A stretch of 64,000 bases of DNA from assembly GCA_021613535.1 (NCBI GenBank), contig CP075495.1, positions 14,508,001 to 14,572,000 on the forward strand, written 5' to 3'. Within the stretch, counting starts at the first letter, position 1. Every line of letters begins with the position of its first letter. The position numbers and the translations under genes are program-made. The notes under the pieces are model-generated. The model was not told where the DNA came from and ran no database searches. It saw nothing but the letters and a program-made list of their open reading frames with translations. The DNA is from Adineta vaga (taxonomy: Eukaryota; Animalia; Rotifera). Shown in pieces: positions 57,270 to 64,000 of the stretch.

Positions 57270-60131
57270 TCAATTTGCTGATCGTTGCGTAATGTTCAAT
57301 GCTTGTCGACTACCGAAAAGATATTCTGCTGGAAATGTCGATGCAGCCGAAGAAAGACTGAGTGACAGAGAAGGTGACGGTACCACTCGAGGAGATCGTT
57401 TAAGAGGCATGGCGTAATGTGGTCTTCGTTTTTCACTTCTTGCACTGGAAAGAATATCAAGTTTTATATCATCAGCTGTTCGACTACTGGCAATACTGGA
57501 CGGATGGATTGTATCAGAAATAGTGTCCGGTGAACGAGGACTTTTATTAAAAGATTTATCAATTATATAATAATCAACTAGACGTTTTGGTAAACCATTT
57601 GGTATTTCACGCGATGGTGAACGATTTTTTTGACGTCGCTTTAATGGACACCAAAGACAACTAGAAAAGAATATTCTTTTTTCTTGCCTGTCCACGAATG
57701 AAGAATCAAAACTTACGATTTTGGACAACAGAATAAACAACTACAGCATAGAGCAAGAGCAAGTAATAGTAAAGCAAGTATACCAAGAATGATACCAAGC
57801 AAAGTCCATGTAGAATCTAATTCGAAATCAAAATTGTTGTTTTCTATTTAAATTATAAATGGTTGCCACAAGATATACCTGACGAGTCTGGAGTTGGACT
57901 TGCGGTAGTGGTGGTAGTTGTTGATGTAGTGCTGGTACTTGTCGATGTGGTGCTAGTACTGGTTGAAGTGCTACTAGTACTAGTTGTTGAAGTACTACTA
58001 GTACTTGTTGATGTACTGCTGGTACTCGTTGATGTAGTACTAGTACTTGTTGATGTGGTGCTGGTACTCGTTGAAGTAGTGCTAGTACTGGATGTTGACG
58101 TACTGCTAGTACTTGTTGAAGTGCTGCTAGTACTGGATGTCGACGTACTACTAGTACTTGATGTCGACGTACTGGTAGTACTTGTTGAAGTACTGCTAGT
58201 GGATGTTGACGTACTGCTGGTACTTGTTGAAGTGCTACTGCTAGTAGACGTTGATGTACTGCTAGTACTTGTTGAAGTGCTGCTAGTACTGGATGTCGAC
58301 GTACTGCTAGTACTTGTTGAAGTGCTACTGCTGCTGGATGTTGATGTGGTGCTGGTACTTGTTGTTCTAGAAATATAATTCAAATGAACGTTCATAGTCT
58401 AAATGAAGATAGTTCGTAATAGATGCAATCTATATGAATACAGCTGGAAAACTTTCTATTTATTTTAAAAGACAAACTATTTTAATGTAAAGAACTTACG
58501 TTGTCGATGTCGTTTCACCAGGACATAATGGAGTAGTGTCTTCCGAAACTGTAAATGTCATACAATATTGATTTGATTGAACCTTGCCACTAAAATAGTA
58601 GATGATTTCTTCTCTGAACAACACATTCAATATTAAGTATACCTGTCTACTGCAACAGCACATAGAACTTGTGATCCTACTGCATCTGCTGTTGGTGTCC
58701 ATGTCAAACTCACTGACCATAAACTTGTTGAGTTTTTTACAATTGGAGTTTTAATAACAATAGGAAAAGATATAGTAGCAATATCTACAATTGTCGTTGT
58801 GGAAGGACAAAAGTTTTCCGCGATCAATTGAATAGCATATGGTTGCCCAACTCGAATAGCAACACATTTACCAGAGGCGGATGTGGGACTTGTAAGACTC
58901 GGACGAACGGCACAGGAAGAAGTTGCCTGTACATTTATTAAGAATTGAAGTGGAACTGTACTAAGACGAGTCGTAGAACTAGAGTCGATAAAATCTTCAA
59001 TCTAAACAATAATATTATTTATTGATCTATACATCAAAATTGTACTATCAACGGTAACAATAAACGAAACTAAGTATCATTCATGCAAAAGAATGATTAA
59101 TACGATTCTTTCGAATTTACTCACAGTATTTTAAACAATATATAAGCTTTGCCAGTCAAATTTGATTTCCTTCAATGCTTTTTAACACTTCAATTCTACT
59201 TCAAAACATTCCCCTTGTCGTCATACAAATTCTATCGATAAAAAAACAAATGACGTTCATTTCTTCACATGAACTACTCAAGTATATTGAGATGAATTAA
59301 TTGTATTTTACTGACTTTTCTAAGAAAATCTGCTTAATAGTAATCACTCGTTTAATGTCACACAATTACCTGTACTGCTACTGCATACCAATCACCGGCA
59401 GTTAAGCCAGTAATAAGTAATGTACAATTTGAGAATAATACTGTTCCACTTGGTAATGTTGCTGGTGGACATGCATTTCCACATTCAGTTGTTCCATTAG
59501 CAAATCGACATCGTACATCATCATTATCACTATCGATCGTTGGTATCGATATGACTTGTTGAACTCCAACAGGTATATAGATTGGTGAAATGATTGCAGC
59601 AGTAGGTGGATCATTAAAAGTTCCATCGGCTCTCATTTGTAGATTTATCAAACATAAAATACTCCATTTCGTATTAGTACTCGTTGAACCAGATGGTCGT
59701 GATAATTGTCGCCAAGATAAACTTTCATAAGCAACAAGAAAATAGGATCCATTGATGAGATCTATTCGATCCGAACGTTGACCAACAGTTATACCAAGAC
59801 TTGCTGAATAATCTGTACAATAGGAAACTACTGATTGTGGTATATATCCTCCTGATTGATTACAATATTGAACACAAATAACTGTAGAACTGTTTTCAGG
59901 ATAACTTCCACCAAAAGTCAGTTTCGGTGATTGATTAGCGATCATTGCATCATTACAACTAATTTTTGTATAATCATAAATATAAGTTTGAGTAAGAAGA
60001 ATTGTAATCGTTGATCCTGATGTATTTACAACTTTATACGTAATCGTTCCACCTTGAAAATGTGTTGCATGAATATAAACATGGATAGGAAAGAAGATGA
60101 AAAAACACCAGAATATAGAATAATTCTGCAT
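57270..60131 (-). CDS. Type I membrane protein: HFxGG-type N-terminal domain, Thr/Ser mucin stalk, TM helix, Cys-rich juxtamembrane segment
   Basis: Signal peptide, then ATHFQGGTITYK, NDPPTA, DSDNDDVRCRFA...ECG, WYAVAVQ|IEDF, STVPLQFLI, LTWTPT...QVLCAVAVD. A ~150-residue T/S tract, then TM WTLLGIILGILALLLLALALCCSCLFC. Six exons. Confidence 0.85.
57905..58367 (-). repeat. Coding Thr/Ser low-complexity repeat (ACTAGCAGTACGTCAACATCC-like units)
   Basis: Directly visible. It produces the spurious V/L/D antisense ORF 57863-58378. Confidence 0.9.
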
Positions 60132-62268
60132 GTTTTCAATCAATGATTTGACAGATTGATTGAATCGATATTGTTTTGTACTTATATGTTAAAATTTAAA
60201 ACGCTCAAGTACTTTCCTGTTGTTAATATTCACATCATTCAGAATTTTTATTTTAATTGAACGGAAAAAAACATTTTTCTTTCTCAATCATTAATTTTCA
60301 AGCTACTTGCACAATGAAGATCATTTATTTGAAATTAGAGCAAAATAAGAAAGTTTTTTCTCGTAATACTCAGTCCGGATCCATAACTAATTATACATAC
60401 TCTTCTCGGTAGAGAATCTAGGATCCTATTTCACACCTATGGTGATCAACATCTGCTTTTTTCTTTTGTTCACACTGATACAATCTTCTCTAGTGATTTT
60501 ATATTAATAGTATACATTAAAATAAAGAATATATTGATATCACTTTCGAAAGACTCGAATTGATTTATTCGATCATCACACTTCAATAAAAAAAAGACTA
60601 AGCTGATAAAACATCAATTTTTTTCGTTTACACAATTGGACAATTAGAGTGTTTGTCGACAATAATAACTACAGATGGAATAAATTAGCACTCAAACAAG
60701 AATAAACACCTTCATTGCAGAAACATCTAAAACGAATGTCAGCTGCTGTTATTAAATCGCACATATAAGTAGCACCGGAAGTGTACCATTGCGCTTATCG
60801 CTTTCTGTTTATTCATGTCACCCATTGATGATTGGTTCATTTAACAGCATCATCCAATGAGAAGAGGAGAAAAGAAAGAACGAGACGATTGATGCTTGTC
60901 GTCAGCAGGAGAAATTCCCTTGGGGCATAAAAAAAGTTCGAAAAATAAAGGAAGAAGATTTCAATTAGACTCTTCAGACTAATCTTCGAAAAGAAAAATG
61001 CACATGTCACGAATATCGAATTCTTTTTTAAAAGAGGATAATTAAAATTGTTTAAGTCAGTTTTTCTCTTCAAGCTCAATTAGATACGTATGATCGGCAA
61101 TATAAGTAATCTATTTGATCTTTTTCTTTTTTTTTCTTTCTCCGTAACAAAAGCAAACTCATTTGTTCATTCTATCACATTTTATTCATGTCGACAAGAG
61201 CGATAACTGAAGAACACCTTCTAGTGTGAAGTTATTCTCTAAGGAATATCCTGTCAACATTAGTTTTCATTGGTTCATGTAAATGAGATGTCTAGGCCAC
61301 ATGGTGATTGGCACGCATACATGCCGAGCGGCGCAGATACAATCTTCATGCGATGTTGATTGCACTATATTCGCTTGAATAGATTCTCTTAACAATCAAA
61401 TGATGTGAAAAGCATTGCCACAATTTTAGTAATTCTAGAAATCGATCTACCTTTTGATTGATATCTTACTCTTGACTTATTAAATGTAAAAGGAAAGTCA
61501 GACCTAATCGTCTTAAACTATCCTTTCATTGACTACTAATAGTTTGTCGGATATTCTCATTGTTAATTCCTCTCAAGAAGTTGAAATATGAACAATAATG
61601 AAATTAATTTTATCTTCATTTTATATGTATCGGACCACTAACAGAGAATGTTAAGTTCTCTTTCCCGACTCCCTATTGATTCGTTTGAATATACGGATGA
61701 ACAGCATGAAAGAGGTTTCCTCTTTCTCTCACTATGTAATTAACATTTACATGAGATGTACATTAATTTTTTTCTTTTATTCAAATCGTTTTTTCCTACG
61801 TTTATGTATGTGTGTGGTTTTTTTTCACACTCTTTCAATAAATTGATCGATGAGAAAAGATAAAAGAGAGAGAATAATCATCATTGAATGAATAGAAGGA
61901 AATCTAACGACGAATCAGAATTGATCATCTGTTGCCCACTGCACATCATTAGTCATTTCCTTGACCAAAGGCTAGAAGAAACAATATGAAATTTATTTGT
62001 TGTCATCACTCAATCTTTCTCTGTTCTGTCTCAATGCAGACCTAATCAAATATACGAACGTAGAATTTTTTTTCTCTTTCTTTCTTTCTTCTTCTTTTCT
62101 TTTCCTTCTCGTCCCATTACTCAGTTGAATGTGTATGAGACGGGTCGAGATCGAGCGGGCACAAACACATACACACACACGCATGCATGCGTGCATTAGT
62201 CGAAAGAAGAGTAAACAGGACAGGACAGACAGACAGACCATCATCGTTGAAATAATTGCAGTTGTTCT

Positions 62269-62305
62269 ATTGGATAAAACAAGTCGACAATTGAGTTTCC
62301 ATTGG
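62269..62305 (+). promoter_or_regulatory. Tandem inverted CCAAT boxes (32-bp spacing) upstream of RAWUL copy 3
   Basis: ATTGG at 62269 and 62301. ATTGGATAAAA is shared with both paralogs. Confidence 0.65.
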
Positions 62306-62523
62306 TCATCGATGTAATCTTTCATATTCGTATCTATCGCTCACTTGAGAAGAAAAAGAAAGGGCAAAAGGAAAGAAAGAAAGAAAGAAAGAAAGAAAGA
62401 GAAGCAAACGCGCGCGCACATACACACACAAACACATTGCATTCATTCATTCATTTCTTCTTCTTCTTCTTCACTGACAAACATACACACACACACACAC
62501 GTTTTTCTCTGACAGGACGCGTC

Positions 62524-63578
62524 ATGAAGAATCGACGAGTAAAACTTCATAAGAGTATAAAAAAATGAAAAACCTTTTATCTTTTTTCCAATTATCCATC
62601 TGTTTTCTATTTAATAGAGTCAACCAAACCTGAAGAATATGTATATATTGAATTAGATACAAAATGCAGGTATATAAACTTTTTTTTTATTCTTTATCTC
62701 TTGAAAGAAAAGAACTGTTTTTTTAGTTGTTCACAATCATCGCTCGATGATCATGCATCTATTCAAGTATGTTCTTTCACTCTTTTTTTTGTTGAATTTA
62801 TTGAATATTCGTTTCGTAGTTTTCACGTCGCTATCTTCAATGTCAAGCTTCAATGCCTATTCACATTCTTCGTTCATATATTCAACAAGTTTTACCTCAT
62901 TCACCAATGACAAAAGTAAAATTCAATGTAATCTATTACACTTTAATGCTTCTTTTCTTCTTCTAGGTATCAATTTATGATTTGAATGATCAATTATTGA
63001 ATGACTCCATCTGTCTAAAAGATCTTTCTTCTTCTTCTTCTTCATTAACACATATTCCTCTTCGTTTTACAATGATGAATACAGTCACATCATTCGGTCA
63101 TTGTTTATGTTCATCTCCTTGTTCTCCGATAAAAAATTCTTCGTCGTCACCATCGTTTTCACCAACTATCATTCAACGTGAAACAATAAACCGAACATTA
63201 TCAACATGTCCATTAGTTCCAACTCCTCCACATTCTCCATCATCTTCAACGTCACTTTCACCTATTCTATCGAAAAATTCATTACCAATTGTTAATCTTC
63301 TAACTCCACCATCACCGCCCCATTATTCATCATTTTTAATTGATAGTATCGTCGAATCGAACTGTAATGATCCATCGATTATTGATAAAATAACATCGGA
63401 ATTCGGTGAAATTTGTCCATCAGAACCTTCGATAAAACGAAAACGACAACGAATTTATAAAAAACTTCTACCAAAAACATCATCACCGTCAGATATTCCT
63501 CTTGATTTAACTGTCAAAAAACGTCCAATATCATTCGATTTGTTTCCAATGCAATCGAAATGGTTAAAAATGATTTAG
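62524..63578 (+). CDS. RING-less RAWUL-domain protein with C-terminal PLDLT, divergent copy 3
   Basis: Same five-exon structure: MKNRRVKLHKK|STKPEEYVYIELDTKCS|CSQSSLDDHASIQ|FSRRYLQCQASMPIHILRSYIQQVLPHSPMTK|VSIYDLNDQLLND...HIPLRFTMM...PLDLTVKKR...QSKWLKMI*. Confidence 0.8.
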
Positions 63579-64000
63579 AAAGAAAAGAAAAACAATGTTT
63601 TATTTGACAGTATGTGTGATATTTTGCTGTTTTTATTATTGTCTATAAGAATATACATAAGACAAACAAACTACACTTCCAGTTCAATTGGTTTGTTTCA
63701 TTTATTTTTCAAGAGGATGTGTCAAAAGAGAAACACACAATTGCATCTTTTGTGTTCTATCCTACAGAGATGGAATTATATTTCTTTTTGAAGACAAGAG
63801 AACGTATTGTATTATGTACGAAAGATGCTTACAGATAGCGACTGATTCTTTGATGTTTGTTTTTTTTTCTGACTAAGAATATGTGTGAGAAACAATTGTT
63901 GTTTTAATCTACTAGCTCATGCTGATCGAAAATCAATTAGATTTGAAACAATCTTTTGATATCGTTGATTAACATAATTGATTTAAGCAAAAAAAATGAG

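Noticed and set aside
57863-58378. 171-aa Val/Leu/Asp ORF on the plus strand
   Set aside because: It is the antisense shadow of the Thr/Ser mucin exon.

Overview
AT-rich eukaryotic animal DNA with compact genes and many ~50-60 nt GT-AG introns. Intron size, bacterial-type genes and an RdRP point to a bdelloid rotifer (inference). In order, the window holds: the 3' end of a probable FkbM methyltransferase; a striated-muscle myosin heavy chain with a 7-nt micro-exon; a 7-repeat protocadherin; a small orphan with a canonical eIF4E-binding motif; an intronless SMB-domain Methuselah/adhesion-type GPCR; a ~6 kb island of MITEs, foldback elements and decayed genes (21.1-27.4 kb); a eukaryotic RdRP; DNAJC12; a MARCH E3 ligase; a bacterial-type trehalase with a GPI-like tail; a GRGRG-motif orphan; tRNA-Ile(UAU); a GAF-GAF cGMP phosphodiesterase with a nested antisense gene; a multi-RRM gene; a UBA-like/Josephin deubiquitinase; and a mucin-stalked membrane protein. 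The most notable finding is a family of three 5-exon paralogs (35.2 kb +, 41.5 kb -, 62.5 kb +) that the ORF track misreads. They encode a PCGF/BMI1-type RAWUL domain with no RING finger, ending in a CtBP-type PLDL(S/T) motif followed by a basic cluster. All three share a CCAAT pair spaced 32-33 bp and a 3'UTR K-box. Copy 1 is nested antisense in the last intron of DNAJC12, and copies 1 and 2 form a ~1 kb near-identical inverted repeat. All family assignments come from manual motif recognition; no database searches were run.
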